A stretch of DNA of 62,682 bases, the filler included, from Candidatus Fermentibacterota bacterium (GTDB lineage: Bacteria > JAFGKV01): assembly GCA_016928395.1 (NCBI GenBank). It is 8 parts of 8 records of this genome, joined end to end, with 100 filler letters (N's around TTAATTAATTAA, not from the genome) between each part and the next. Parts side by side here need not be neighbours in the genome. Positions count along the whole stretch, not along the records: positions 40,146 to 49,600 come from JAFGKV010000044.1; positions 49,701 to 53,917 come from JAFGKV010000279.1; positions 54,018 to 58,214 come from JAFGKV010000282.1; 5 more parts are not named here. The stretch is one strand, 5' to 3'. Each line of letters opens with the position of its first letter. Position 1 is the first letter of the stretch. The notes below the pieces were generated by a model. The model was not told the DNA's origin, did not search any database, and worked only from the letters and a program-made list of their open reading frames with translations. Made by a program: the position numbers and the translations under genes. Of this stretch, positions 44,403 through 54,744 are shown piece after piece.

Positions 44403-45299
44403 CTACTGCCGGCTGCCGAGTCCAAAGAGGCGCTGTTGTGCGCCGTACTCCTGCCATCGGAGCAGAACCATGTTGGCGAAGGCCACGGCCTGATGTCCAT
44501 CGGCGCCGCCATGGGTGGCCCGCCGCGCGTAGACGGGATTTGTGAGCATGGCCATGGTCTCTTCGACATTCCCCGCCCAGCGGGCCGGATCGCGGCCGTC
44601 CGCCGCGGAAAGTGAACAGGCATCGAGCACGTGCCCCAGCCCCGCGCAGTAGGATGCCACGGCGCACGCGACGCGGTCGGCTTCATCCAGGCGGTGAAAG
44701 GAATCGTACATTCGGCGGAAGTACCGTGCACCGGCTTCGATGTTTTGCCTCGGCTCCCAGGGATCGAAGATGCCCAATTCGGTCGCCGTAGCAGGCATGA
44801 CCTGCATCAAGCCTACGGCGCCCGCAGAGCTGGCGCGGCACGGGTCGAATCCCGATTCATGGAAGATCAACGCCGCGAGAAGTAGCCAGTCGAGGTCGTG
44901 GCGGGCAGCAGCCGCCCGGATGATGTCATCGTACGGGCTGAAGGGGAATCTGTCACCACGCCGGTCGTCTGCATGACTCAGGGCCTCCAGGGAAATACCG
45001 GCCGGGAGTCTCTCTTTCGAGTCGTCAGGAATGCTGCGCTGCTGCCATAGGGAGACGACATCCGCACGGCGGCGACACAGCCGGCGGGCGATGCCATCCT
45101 CGAGACGGGGCGCCAGGATCCAGAAATGAGCTTTCCTGCCGGCCCTTGAGACTGCGGCTGACCACGCGGCACGCAGGAGACGGCCTGCCTGTGTGTTCGC
45201 AGCAGGGAGGGAGGGGTCGTCAGTCAAGGGAGGCCCGGCCCCGTGGGGCCCCTTGCCCGCGCAGGCCAGGACGAGAGCCAGGGCGAGGCCCGGGGTCAT
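44403..45299 (-). CDS. Lytic transglycosylase (SLT domain)
   Basis: ALIFHESGF, GAVGLMQVMP, NIEAGARY and ASYCAGLGHV. Confidence 0.88.
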   Translation of the reverse strand: MTPGLALALVLACAGKGPHGAGPPLTDDPSLPAANTQAGRLLRAAWSAAVSRAGRKAHFWILAPRLEDGIARRLCRRRADVVSLWQQRSIPDDSKERLPAGISLEALSHADDRRGDRFPFSPYDDIIRAAAARHDLDWLLLAALIFHESGFDPCRASSAGAVGLMQVMPATATELGIFDPWEPRQNIEAGARYFRRMYDSFHRLDEADRVACAVASYCAGLGHVLDACSLSAADGRDPARWAGNVEETMAMLTNPVYARRATHGGADGHQAVAFANMVLLRWQEYGAQQRLFGLGSRQ

Positions 45300-45307
45300 G
45301 AAGGCTC

Positions 45308-46024
45308 TCACCTCGGGTGTCGCTCCGCTGTTGCGGCCGGTGGCAGGGGCCACGGCCAGTCAGGAGGGGTCGGGGCGTGAATGTCCATCTCCACGTCGCG
45401 GGTCGGATGGTGGATGCGGATCTCCTTGGCCAGGAGGGCGACTGTTCCGAACAGTCGGAGGCGTGATCCATACTTGACGTCGCCTACGATGGGATGGCCC
45501 CAGTGGGCTAATTGGAGGCGGATTTGGTGCGTGCGCCCGGTATGGGGATGGATCTCCAGCAGGCTTGCCCGCGTGCCGCTCTCCACCACCTGATAGTCCA
45601 ACTCCGCATGCCGTCCCCGGCCCGAGGGCACAACCCTTGAGGCTCGATGCTGGGTCCGCCGGGTGACGCTATCGGATAGGGTGCCAAAGCCGGCTACCCG
45701 CCCCTCCACCACGGCTTGGTAGGTCTTGCGCACGGCGCCCGTTCGGAACTGTTCGCTGAGCCGGGCGGCGGCCTTGGAAGTCTTCGCCAGGACCAGGACA
45801 CCGCCGACCGGCCGGTCGAGGCGATGGACCAGACCGACATAGACGCCTCCGGGCTTGTCATGACGGCGTCTGATCCAGGCCTTGGCCACGTCGAGGGTCG
45901 TGTTGTGGCCATGGCCCGGCCCCTGGCTCAGCAGACCGGCAGGCTTGAACACGGCCAGAAGGTGATTGTCTTCGTAGAGTACCAGGAGATCGGCGGCGGC
46001 TTCATGTACGGGAAGAGTTGACAT
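45308..46024 (-). CDS. RluA-family pseudouridine synthase
   Basis: KPAGL, VHRLDRPVGG, TGRTHQIR and HPIVGD.KYG. Confidence 0.93.
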   Translation of the reverse strand: MSTLPVHEAAADLLVLYEDNHLLAVFKPAGLLSQGPGHGHNTTLDVAKAWIRRRHDKPGGVYVGLVHRLDRPVGGVLVLAKTSKAAARLSEQFRTGAVRKTYQAVVEGRVAGFGTLSDSVTRRTQHRASRVVPSGRGRHAELDYQVVESGTRASLLEIHPHTGRTHQIRLQLAHWGHPIVGDVKYGSRLRLFGTVALLAKEIRIHHPTRDVEMDIHAPTPPDWPWPLPPAATAERHPR

Positions 46025-46055
46025 GCGAGTGCCGTCCCACCATACAATGCCGGTC

Positions 46056-46712
46056 ATGGCACGCTCCTCTTTACGCTCTGACCCATCGATGCTCCAGGCG
46101 CTCCTCGCGCGGGGAGGAGTCTCTCTCGGCGCCCAAGAGCTGGATCAACTGTGGAGATACTATGTGCTGCTCCACCTGCGCAACCCTGATCATGCCCTCA
46201 CCGCTTCGGTGGGGCTTCAGGATGTTGCCATCAAGCACTTCCTGGACTGCGCGATGGTACCCGATTTCGTCTCGCTTCCCAGCCCGCTGCTGGACATCGG
46301 CTCTGGGGCGGGCTTTCCCGGCGTTGTGCTCAAGATCATGAAGCCAGAGCTTCACGTGGTGCTAGCCGAGGAGCGGCCGAGGAAGGCCGCATTTCTGCGG
46401 GAGCTTCTGGCCGAACTGGCGCTGAGTGACGTGGAGGTGTTCGCGCGAAGGGTATGGGCACAGTCTCCCCTGGACGTCTCAGCGGTGATCACCCGCGCCG
46501 TGGAGCCTGTGCTAACGACCCTCATGCGCTGCCGGAGGTTTCTGCGTCCCGGCGCCGCGGCGATCTTCATGAAGGGCCCTTCCGTCGATAGCGAATTGCG
46601 GGATGCAGCGCGCCGGTCACGGGATGCCTACGTCCTGCGCAAGGATATAGCGTATGCGCTCCCCGGCACATCATACCAACGCCGGATTCTCGTGTATGAA
46701 CGAACGTCATAG
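46056..46712 (+). CDS. rsmG: 16S rRNA m7G527 methyltransferase
   Basis: KHFLDC, LDIGSGAGFPG, TRAV and MKG. Confidence 0.9.
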   Translation: MARSSLRSDPSMLQALLARGGVSLGAQELDQLWRYYVLLHLRNPDHALTASVGLQDVAIKHFLDCAMVPDFVSLPSPLLDIGSGAGFPGVVLKIMKPELHVVLAEERPRKAAFLRELLAELALSDVEVFARRVWAQSPLDVSAVITRAVEPVLTTLMRCRRFLRPGAAAIFMKGPSVDSELRDAARRSRDAYVLRKDIAYALPGTSYQRRILVYERTS

Positions 46713-47499
46713 GTCAGGCGAACGGGCGCCCCGGGGCAGGACGACCACAGGGAAAGCCCCGATCGTAAGCAGGGACAACCCCCGGTTCAGGCAACTTCTT
46801 TCCCTTCATCACGCCAAGGGGATCAACCGGCTTGGTGCCGCGTTGGTGCCCGGTGCTAGGCTCACGGCCGAAGTGGCAGCCCGGGACCCTGCACTCTGCC
46901 GGGTTCAGGTCGTAGACGATACGAGCGACCAAGCCCTTCCGGGGATCCCGTGTATCCGCCTTTCCCGAGCCCTGTTTCGCGAGGTGGATGTATGGGGTAC
47001 GGGGCCGCCGCTGCTGCTCGTCGAGGCTCCCCAATTGCCTCAATGGAACCGGATCGACTGGCCGCCGGGGTGCACGGTGGTGGCGCCGCTGCAGGACCCG
47101 AGGAATCTCGGCGCGGCGTTGCGATGCGCCGCCGCGTTCGGCGCGGGCACGGTGATCCTTCCCGCCCAGGCAGCCCATCCGTATCACCCGGAAGCCATAC
47201 GTCCTTCCGCGGGCGTGCAGGGTCTGCTGACACTGTTCCGCGGACCCGCTGTGGGCGACGGTGGGTGGATGCCGCGGCCGTTGCTGGTGCTGCATCGGCA
47301 GGGAATCCCTCTTCATGCCCTTTCGTGGCCGCCTGCGTTTGGACTTCTGGTGGGCACGGAGGGCCCCGGGGTTCCCCTGAATCTTGCTGATGTAACCTAT
47401 GCGGCCATACCCATGGCGGACGATGTTGACTCCCTGAACGCCACAGCGGCCTTGGCCGTGGCGCTCTACGCCTGGAGCACGAAAGAAGGCGGGCACTAG
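46696..47499 (+). CDS. TrmH/SpoU family RNA methyltransferase
   Basis: QDPRNLGA, GTEGPG and IPM..DSLNA. Confidence 0.88.
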   Translation: MNERHRSGERAPRGRTTTGKAPIVSRDNPRFRQLLSLHHAKGINRLGAALVPGARLTAEVAARDPALCRVQVVDDTSDQALPGIPCIRLSRALFREVDVWGTGPPLLLVEAPQLPQWNRIDWPPGCTVVAPLQDPRNLGAALRCAAAFGAGTVILPAQAAHPYHPEAIRPSAGVQGLLTLFRGPAVGDGGWMPRPLLVLHRQGIPLHALSWPPAFGLLVGTEGPGVPLNLADVTYAAIPMADDVDSLNATAALAVALYAWSTKEGGH

Positions 47500-47500
47500 G

Positions 47501-49165
47501 ATGGCGCCCGGCATCCGCCGGCAGGCCCTTGTGGCCTGTTGCGTGCTCCTGGCGTTTGTCATGCGGGGATCCGACCTGGTAAGCGATCCGCCCACTGATC
47601 TCGAGGACAGCGGCGGGTATTTCGCCGATGAAGGGTTCTGGACCCACAATGCCCGCAACAAGGTGCTGTTTGGAGAATGGGTCTTGGACGAGTGGAACAA
47701 TATGTACGCCAGTCCGTTGACCCACTGGCCGCAGTATCTCTCGTTTAAGTTGCTGGGTCCCGGCCTGGCGGAGGCCAGGCTGCTTCCCGCCGTGCTGAGC
47801 GCCGCCTGTTGCGCCTTGCTGGCGATGCTGCCCGGTGTGGCCGGCGTACTGGCTGCGGTCTTGTTCGCTCTGGATGCTCTGCTTCTGCACTTCGGCAGGA
47901 TCGCCTTGCTTGAGACGCCGTTAATCTTCATGATCCTGGTGTCCTGGTCACTCCTCTCCGGCGCACCCGGGCGAGGCCGGCTCGCGGGCGCCGGCCTCGC
48001 GGCCGGCTTGGCCGTGGCGACGAAGCTCTCCGTGTTTTACTTCGTGCCGGCGGCGCTGCTGGCGCTGTGTCTGGCCCCCGCGCCCGTGGGGCGGTGGCGA
48101 AGCATGGCGTGGTTTGTCGTTGGGCTTGCCGTTTCCGTTGTGGTGTGGGTTCTCCTGGTCGGACGGGGGCTACCCCTGTTCCTCCAGTACACACGGTACT
48201 ATGCCTCGCAGCAGTCACCATGGCTGGAACAGCTCCGCGCCAATTTGGCCTCTCCCGTGCTGTTTGCCCGATTTCGTCACTCACTCCCCGTGACGGCAAC
48301 CGGCTTCGTGTTATCGGCCGGGCTGCTCACACCGGCGCTGCGCTCAAGGCTCCCCCGCGAAGTGGCACTCGCTTGCTTCTGGTTCGTGCTGGGCGCTCTC
48401 TACCTGAACACCCTCACCTACGACCCACTCCGCTACTACATGCCGCTGTTGCCGGCATTGGTGATTATCGTTGCGTGGGCCGCGGTTGAGGCATGGCACG
48501 GTCGGCTTCGACTTTCGCCCTTTCCCCTGGGCGTGCTCCTCTGTCTGCTCTTCCTCTGGCCCATGGCATGGAAGACTGTCCTTGCCTTGCGCCCGCACGC
48601 CACGCACTGGCCTCGCTGGCGCATCATCGCCGCCTTTCTGATGGTTTCGGGGGGCGTGGGGGGTGGGTGGTGGATCGCCGCCCTGTTGGTGCGGCGCCGC
48701 CGGGTGGGCCGAGTGATCGCCTGCGCCGTTGTCCTGGCTTGTGTCGGCATGAGCAGTGGGGCCTACCTCAACTGGATGGGGACGCGGCAGCGAGCGGTGT
48801 TCACGTCCAGTCGTGAGCTGGCCGCCCGGTTCCCCTCGTCGGTGTTCACCGGCCAGTGGGCGCCGGAACTCTGCCTGGAGACTCGCCACCGGGCAGTCCC
48901 AGTGTGGCCGGGCTTCATCAATGGTGAGGGCGATCCCTTCGGCACCTACGGCATCACCCATGGCGTCATCTGGGGTCGTCACTGGCAGAAGTACACGTCA
49001 TGGTTCCCAGATGACTTTGCCCGGGCGCGTATCCTCGACACCTTGTGGATCAAAGAGACGCCCGTAGTCCTGTGTGAGTTCACTCCGAGGCCGCGCGCAG
49101 CCCCGGGGGACCCGGACGCCGAGGGCGCACCGCCCGCAGAGGCCGCACCGAACCCTGAACCCTGA
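47501..49165 (+). CDS. GT-C (ArnT/PMT-like) membrane glycosyltransferase
   Basis: Early DEG motif, about 11 TM helices, and ALLETP, ATK and RYYMPL motifs. Confidence 0.75.
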   Translation: MAPGIRRQALVACCVLLAFVMRGSDLVSDPPTDLEDSGGYFADEGFWTHNARNKVLFGEWVLDEWNNMYASPLTHWPQYLSFKLLGPGLAEARLLPAVLSAACCALLAMLPGVAGVLAAVLFALDALLLHFGRIALLETPLIFMILVSWSLLSGAPGRGRLAGAGLAAGLAVATKLSVFYFVPAALLALCLAPAPVGRWRSMAWFVVGLAVSVVVWVLLVGRGLPLFLQYTRYYASQQSPWLEQLRANLASPVLFARFRHSLPVTATGFVLSAGLLTPALRSRLPREVALACFWFVLGALYLNTLTYDPLRYYMPLLPALVIIVAWAAVEAWHGRLRLSPFPLGVLLCLLFLWPMAWKTVLALRPHATHWPRWRIIAAFLMVSGGVGGGWWIAALLVRRRRVGRVIACAVVLACVGMSSGAYLNWMGTRQRAVFTSSRELAARFPSSVFTGQWAPELCLETRHRAVPVWPGFINGEGDPFGTYGITHGVIWGRHWQKYTSWFPDDFARARILDTLWIKETPVVLCEFTPRPRAAPGDPDAEGAPPAEAAPNPEP

Positions 49166-49198
49166 ACCCTGAACCCCGAACCCTGAACCCTGAACCCT
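49150..49198. repeat. Heptamer tandem repeat (GAACCCT)x7
   Basis: Read directly from the sequence; two further units lie near 5421. Confidence 0.9.
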
Positions 49199-49218
49199 CA
49201 CAACTTGAGCGGTTGCCT

Positions 49219-49600
49219 ATGAGAATCATGAACCCCGGCCCTGAGGACTTTCACGTTCATTCCCTGTGCTTCTCGGATGGGATCAACACGGTCGACGAGA
49301 TCGTACACTACGCTGCCAGGTGCGGGCTCGAGCGCATCGCCATCACCGACCACAGCCAGGCCTATCTCGACAGCCGGGGCTTCGCCAAGAAGACGACCCG
49401 AAGCGCAGTAGCACGATGGCGGAATGTGCACAACCATGTGGAGGTCGTCTTCGGCGTGGAAGGCGATATCCTGAACCGAGCGGGGGACATCTGTGATCAC
49501 ATCCAGGGGAGGTCCGGGGAGCTTCTGATCCTCTCGGCTCACGAGAAGCCCTTCGCCGATGATCCTGCGTGCATCACCGAGGCGTATCTCAACGCCATCC
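49219..49600 (+). CDS. PHP-domain phosphoesterase (truncated)
   Basis: DFHVHS..SDG, AITDHS and GVE motifs. Confidence 0.88.
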
Positions 49601-49700
49601 NNNNNNNNNNNNNNNNNNNNNNNNNNNNNNNNNNNNNNNNNNNNTTAATTAATTAANNNNNNNNNNNNNNNNNNNNNNNNNNNNNNNNNNNNNNNNNNNN

Positions 49701-51302
49701 CCACACGCCGAAGTTGTCTTCCATGTCATCTTCGAATCGTACGAACGCCGGGCCGACCACCCATTGCAGCGTATCCTCGACGCAGGCATCACCGAACCGC
49801 AACTCAGCGAAGAGGGTTGCCACATGATCCTCCGGCGTGAAGGGATCGATGCGGACGAGGAACGGATCATCTGTGGTGCGCTGAGTCCACTGCGCGGCTA
49901 TCGTCCCAAGCTGTGCCTCCGCGTCGAGAATGCACACGTACGGATCATCGCTCCGAATGGCGACCGACACCTCGGGCGCGGGTGCGAAGAGCCCCCGATT
50001 CTTGATATCAAGCACCAGACCTGCAGTCTCTCCCGGATCGAGGCGTGCATTGCCGTCGCCTCCCTGGACAATGGCCTCCTCGATGGGGCAGTATGAGCCC
50101 GCCACCCATGTCGTGTAGATCTGGGGCCACAGCGCGTCAGTGCATACCGGAGCAATATCCTCTTCATGCCACGACAATCCCGCCAGTTCGTGCGTACAGG
50201 AAAGCACTACCCCTTTGGTCTGACACTCGCCTATGGCCCAGTCCTTGCTGGTACCTGATGACCGCCAGGGCAGTTGGCCATAGTCGTAGCAGTTGTACTT
50301 GGTCATTCCACGGCACCAGTCCAGCAGCGTGCTGTGATACCCAGTGGGCTCGGCAGTGTAGCCCCAGGGCAGGTAGATCGCACGCGCCGAGGAGTGGAAG
50401 CTGATGTGGGAGACGAAGTCTCGGCCGATCATGAGACTCATCATGGCCTGAACCTCGGGCTCGGAGCCCGCCCACGGACCCCGATAGTAGTCACTGGAGG
50501 GATCTGAAGGCGCACCGGTCCCTCCCCAATGGTACGGGTAGTTGCGGTTCAGGTCCACGCCCCAGGTTCCGTCCCCGTTGTCGCGGCGGTTCTTGCGCCA
50601 CCATGCCCCTCCCTCCGGGCTGACCGTCTCCAGGTAAACTAGTCCATCGGGGTTGACGATGGGCACGAACCAGATCTCGCGGTGATCAACCAGGTACGTC
50701 GCGTGAGGATCCCGACCGTACCCCTCGCAGAGCCACCGCATGTAGCACAGCACTACTTCGACACTGGGCACCTCGACTGCGTGATGGAGCGCATCGAACA
50801 GTACTTCCGGCTCGTCTTCATCGATGCCTGGATTGTCCGAGATCTTCATGGCCCAGATATCGCGGCCCTCGTGGGTCAATCCGATGGACTGCTTGGGAGT
50901 AGTGATCTGAGGACACGCCACGTGGAGGCTGTCAAGGAAGCCCTCCGTCTCCGAGTAGGTGTGGAATAACCCGAAGTTGCCTCCCTGCCCGCTCATCCGG
51001 CTGGCATAGTAGGCCTGCAAGTCCTCGATCTCCACGTCCAGGCCGAATCCGTGACTCCTCAGCTTCTGGATCTGGCGGTCATCCAAAGCCAGCCTTGCGC
51101 AGACTCCCGGCTGCAGCTCAAGGAAGTCGGAGCCGCCCAGTCGGCGGAACCGCTCCCACTCGGCCTTGTCGCGAAACTCGATCCGTACCTGCTTGACGGG
51201 GTCGGGCAGGGGAGTGGCGGTGACAGCAGCACTGGCACCGGATCCCAGGAAAACCGGAAGCAACAGCAGAAGAAAAGCATGCCGAGGTATCGTCTTCATC
51301 AT
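49701..51302 (-). CDS. Secreted M14 zinc carboxypeptidase (CPT-like), 3'-truncated
   Basis: KISDNP..DEDEPEV, HHAVE, NPDG, WRKNRR, GVDLNRNY, SEPE and SFHS; signal peptide. Confidence 0.9.
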
Positions 51303-51452
51303 GGTAATCCCACGCAGCAATGTCCCGGGCACGGGGTGCAAGGGGCAACAACCCTCGCGCCAAACTTCAAGTACCTGCCCTCATGCGGCCCTGTCAAGTG
51401 GGATATGCGTCATGGCTCTCGTGGGCAGGGTGAGGTAGCTACGGGTCGGGCT

Positions 51453-51671
51453 CTATCGTCTCGTCGAAACACCTCGTGCGACTGCCTCTCTGATCTCTTG
51501 CTTCTTTGCCTCCTCCACCATCCCCAGCCATGCACCTTCGACCCGACCGCTTCTGCTCACAACTACGGTCAGCGGCACCCCGTGGACCTTGTATCCCTTC
51601 GCGAACCTCTCCGGCTCACGGATCACCCCCACCGGAAGGGTGAAAGCCTCCAGTACCTCGTCGAATGGCAT
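51453..51671 (-). pseudogene. C-terminal fragment of a TlpA/thioredoxin-like protein
   Basis: YKVHGVPLTVVVSRSGRV..WLG has the cis-Pro motif, but the CxxC N-terminal half is absent. Confidence 0.5.
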
Positions 51672-51757
51672 CCGTCTTGGTTACCGGTCCGGTTGCCGCC
51701 CAGTTCTATGACGAGTAGTTTGACGAGAAGTACGAACAATGGTTGGATCTGGAGGAG

Positions 51758-52209
51758 TTGACGTCTGTGCGGGTGTCTTCGATGTGTGCTGCCTGAATCG
51801 TCCGTTCGACGACCAAGGTCAACCGCGCGTCCGTCTGGAGGCTGAGGCGGTTCTCTTGATCATGGGGAGGTGTCAGGCTGGCCAGTGGGAATGGATTGGC
51901 AGTGAGGCCGTCACTGCGGAGACTTTGCGCAACCCCGATCCAGTGCGGAGAGAACGAGTGCTCGAGCTTGCTGAGCATGCAGAGGAGGTCATCCGCTGTG
52001 ATGGAGCAGTACTCGTGCGCGCGCACGAGATCATGAGGCTTGGGTTCTCGCCGCACGACGCGCTCCACATAGCCTGTGCTGAGGCAGGCAACGCCGACGT
52101 GTTCCTTTCCACGGATGACTCGGTGACCGCCTCTGCACGGCGAACAGGGAATCTTCTCACAGTACGGGTGCGAAACCCATTGGCATGGATCGAGGAGGTG
52201 GAACGGTGA
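51758..52209 (+). pseudogene. PIN-domain toxin with an apparent 1-nt frameshift near the start
   Basis: DVCCLNRPFDDQ.Q.R.RLEAEA, DALHIACAE and FLSTDD. The GGAGGAG RBS-led frame (TTG ACG TCT GTG CGG GTG T-C) is out of phase with TTC GAT by one base. Confidence 0.75.
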
Positions 52210-52424
52210 CACCTACTATGACCCTCGAACAGATCAGGGAGGCCGGGCTCAAGGCGCTTTCCCGCGAACTTGGCCCTGTGGGGCTCGTCCGGTTCATCCA
52301 GCAGTTCGAGCCCGGCACGGGAGACTATACCCGGGAGCGGCATGCATGGCTGGAAGGTGTCAGCCTGGATGAGTTGGTAAGGCAGGCCGAGCGTTCCGAA
52401 GGGGAAGACACCCGACCGCAGTGA
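52206..52424 (+). CDS. Small antitoxin-like partner of the PIN protein
   Basis: IREAGLKALSRELGPVGLVRFIQQF..G.GDYT.ERH.W; GTGA overlap with the PIN stop. Confidence 0.8.
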   Translation: MTPTMTLEQIREAGLKALSRELGPVGLVRFIQQFEPGTGDYTRERHAWLEGVSLDELVRQAERSEGEDTRPQ

Positions 52425-52607
52425 AGCCCAGTGTCCGGATGCTCCGGGTGGCGGGGGACCTATTCTCCCCGCTGACCAAACTGCGTGGTCTGTACCATCT
52501 TGCGTGGCACCTGCCAGCTCGAGGTTTCTTCCCAGCCTGGCGAGCGCGCCTTCGGAATGCGGAGTGAGAGGCTGTAACGTCCCCGACTTTGACCGACAGA
52601 CCTCACA

Positions 52608-52799
52608 TTATCGCACGACCACCAGCCGGCGCTGCGTCTCCCTTGACGGTGTCTCCAGGCGAATCAGATAGGTGCCGTTCGGGAGAAGCGCGTGCGGGAG
52701 CGTCCACACCCGCGATCCGGCATCGATTCCTTCCCTGAGCAGCAGTCTTCCTCCGAGATCATACAGCCCGACCCTTCCCGGCTCCGGGAGTCGAAACAC
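52608..52799 (-). pseudogene. Orphan T9SS-type C-terminal sorting domain fragment
   Basis: LYDLGGRLL..LPNGTYLIRLE..RRLVVVR; its last 81 bp recur at 53837-53917. Confidence 0.7.
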
Positions 52800-52829
52800 G
52801 AGGCGCGCGGCGCCGGGCGCCGGATATGG

Positions 52830-53039
52830 TCATGCGGTCTGCTCAGGCATCTCCCCGGCCGAGCGAGGGCTCCGCCGGACGAGTGAATGGCCGGCCGCTT
52901 CCTCTCCTTTCCGGATCCGCTCACAGAGTGTCTCAAGGTCGTAGCCCGCTTCGGTAAAGAGCCGGTCGCGAACCCTGCGAACCTCAGTGACAATCGGATC
53001 CTCCCATGGAGTGGGAGAAGTAGCAATGGTCTGAGTCAT
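52830..53039 (-). CDS. Small antitoxin-like hypothetical protein
   Basis: WEDPIVTEVRRVR..GYDL motif, of a type usually found beside PIN toxins. Confidence 0.6.
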   Translation of the reverse strand: MTQTIATSPTPWEDPIVTEVRRVRDRLFTEAGYDLETLCERIRKGEEAAGHSLVRRSPRSAGEMPEQTA

Positions 53040-53199
53040 GGCGCGTTTCCTATTAAGTCATGTTTCGCGTTTCACGACGACGCTGGGATCAGGGCTCTGC
53101 GGCCAGAGAGCGGCACGGAGACAAGACCCACGACAGCGGCGCAGCGGCTCAATCGTCTGAAACAGGGGCTGTCCAGCGACTACTCGGCTGGCGTGACCC

Positions 53200-53430
53200 C
53201 TATGCTGCCCGCAGCGAACGAGCGGCGAGTATCTCCGTAGCGGCGAGGGGCCGAACGTCGGAAGTCGTGAGTGTGAGCAAGGCCTGCGTCCGCCCGGAAC
53301 CAGTGACGAATTCGATCTCGACACCATCGGGCTCATAGACCTCCACGACGGCACCGATATCGCCTCGACACAGCCCATGGTCCGGGATGTCTCTGCCAAG
53401 CACTACGGTATCGAGGACGGAGAAAGTCAT
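53200..53430 (-). CDS. DUF4926-domain protein
   Basis: LDTVVLGRDIPDHGLCRGDIGAVVEVY..IEFV..G.T.ALLTL. Confidence 0.85.
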   Translation of the reverse strand: MTFSVLDTVVLGRDIPDHGLCRGDIGAVVEVYEPDGVEIEFVTGSGRTQALLTLTTSDVRPLAATEILAARSLRAA

Positions 53431-53768
53431 GGCATCGCTCCTGGAAACGCCGTGACGAAACGTGGCGTCTCTTCTCCACTTCGGATTACCCACACCGTCA
53501 CGATCCTGGCGGTTTTGCCCGAAGGGCTCGTGATGGTGCCATAGACCACGTACTTCACCCCAAATGTCGTACGCTCGACTCTGGCAACGTCATTGGTGAG
53601 TACCTGTCGTAGATCCTGCTCCAACTGCAGCCAATTGTCCTGTGTGTACCCGAGGGACACGAAATACGCTGCCTTAAGGCGCCCGACCGGGTGTACCGGC
53701 GACAAAAGATAGTCACGCAGTTTCTCGATTGGTACGTGTGCATTTTCTCGGTTTGGTACATGTGCCAT
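53427..53768 (-). CDS. DUF6883-like protein (toxin-like partner of DUF4926)
   Basis: KLRDYLL..HPVGRLKA..LGY, FGVKY, TVW and PRFVTAFP; coupled to DUF4926. Confidence 0.8.
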   Translation of the reverse strand: MAHVPNRENAHVPIEKLRDYLLSPVHPVGRLKAAYFVSLGYTQDNWLQLEQDLRQVLTNDVARVERTTFGVKYVVYGTITSPSGKTARIVTVWVIRSGEETPRFVTAFPGAMP

Positions 53769-53833
53769 CACAGAAGAATACTGTTACGCGCCGCACATCG
53801 CCAGGGTGCAAGCACAACTTCTGTCGTTTGGGC

Positions 53834-53917
53834 CTATCGCACCACCACCAGCCGGCTCTGCATCTCCCTTGACGGTGTCTCCAGGCGAATCAGATAGGTG
53901 CCGTTCGGGAGAAGCGC
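53834..53917 (-). CDS. 3' end of a T9SS-CTD-bearing gene (rest lies beyond the gap)
   Basis: ALLPNGTYLIRLETPSREMQSRLVVVR-stop. Confidence 0.65.
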   Translation of the reverse strand, partial: ALLPNGTYLIRLETPSREMQSRLVVVR

Positions 53918-54109
53918 NNNNNNNNNNNNNNNNNNNNNNNNNNNNNNNNNNNNNNNNNNNNTTAATTAATTAANNNNNNNNNNNNNNNNNNNNNNNNNNN
54001 NNNNNNNNNNNNNNNNNCACTGCGCGGCAGCTCTCAGCTTTCTGCCATCAGCTCTCTGCCAGCCGACTGCCGCTTCGCTCGCAGGTGACAGGGGGCAGGA
54101 CGTTGGTAC

Positions 54110-54582
54110 CAGGTAGTGCATTGGGGGATTTGATGAGGTCGCGCTTCGGGGACGTGGAACGCGCCCGACAATCGGCGAGGTGGAGCGAATGGAAGAGTCG
54201 GAGGGTGATGCGCGAAGAGTCTTCAAACTGGCGGACTCCTGTCTGTGTGCAGCCTGCTTCACGCCCACTGTCCGTCACTATTCTCAGGATCGGCCGAAGA
54301 GCATGCGAGGACGGCCTGATCCAAGGCATGAACGCGACTGTTGACGGAGGCGAGGCGGCAGGTTCCTTCTGCCGATGTCTTTCACACATCCACATCGGTG
54401 CCTGCGGCTCTTTAGTCCGCCGGCAAGACACACGCCACAGGGGGTGGCTGTGCACGTCGTCCAGCAACAGGGGGCTCATCCTTTCGCAACCGCAGGCCAA
54501 GGTACGCCAAGCGATCGCTATTCCACGCCTGTTCCGTCTCTTCCCGTCGCCCATTCGCCAAGAATCCCAAATGCAATACCTG
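54110..54582 (+). mobile_element. Non-autonomous TIR element (MITE/REPIN-like), internally deleted copy
   Basis: Left end CAGGTAGTGCATTGGGGGATT and right end AATCCCAAATGCAATACCTG; body aligns to 58406-59058. Confidence 0.7.
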
Positions 54583-54603
54583 AGCCTACTGAGGCCTACC
54601 GAA

Positions 54604-54744
54604 CTGCAGGAGCCCATCCCCGACCCCGCTCGATTCCCCTGGAATGAGGTCTGGAAGGTTCAGCACTACTGGCTTCAGGTCGACGCGATGACGAAGCCGA
54701 TGCGGGTGCGCGAGGAGTCGTCCCCGTTCGGAGGAACGACATGA
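54604..54744 (+). pseudogene. 3' stub of a DUF3883-ending SNF2 helicase gene (copy 1)
   Basis: LQEPIPDPARFPWNEVWKVQHYWLQVDAMTKPM; no upstream gene; overlaps the next start (ATGA). Confidence 0.75.
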
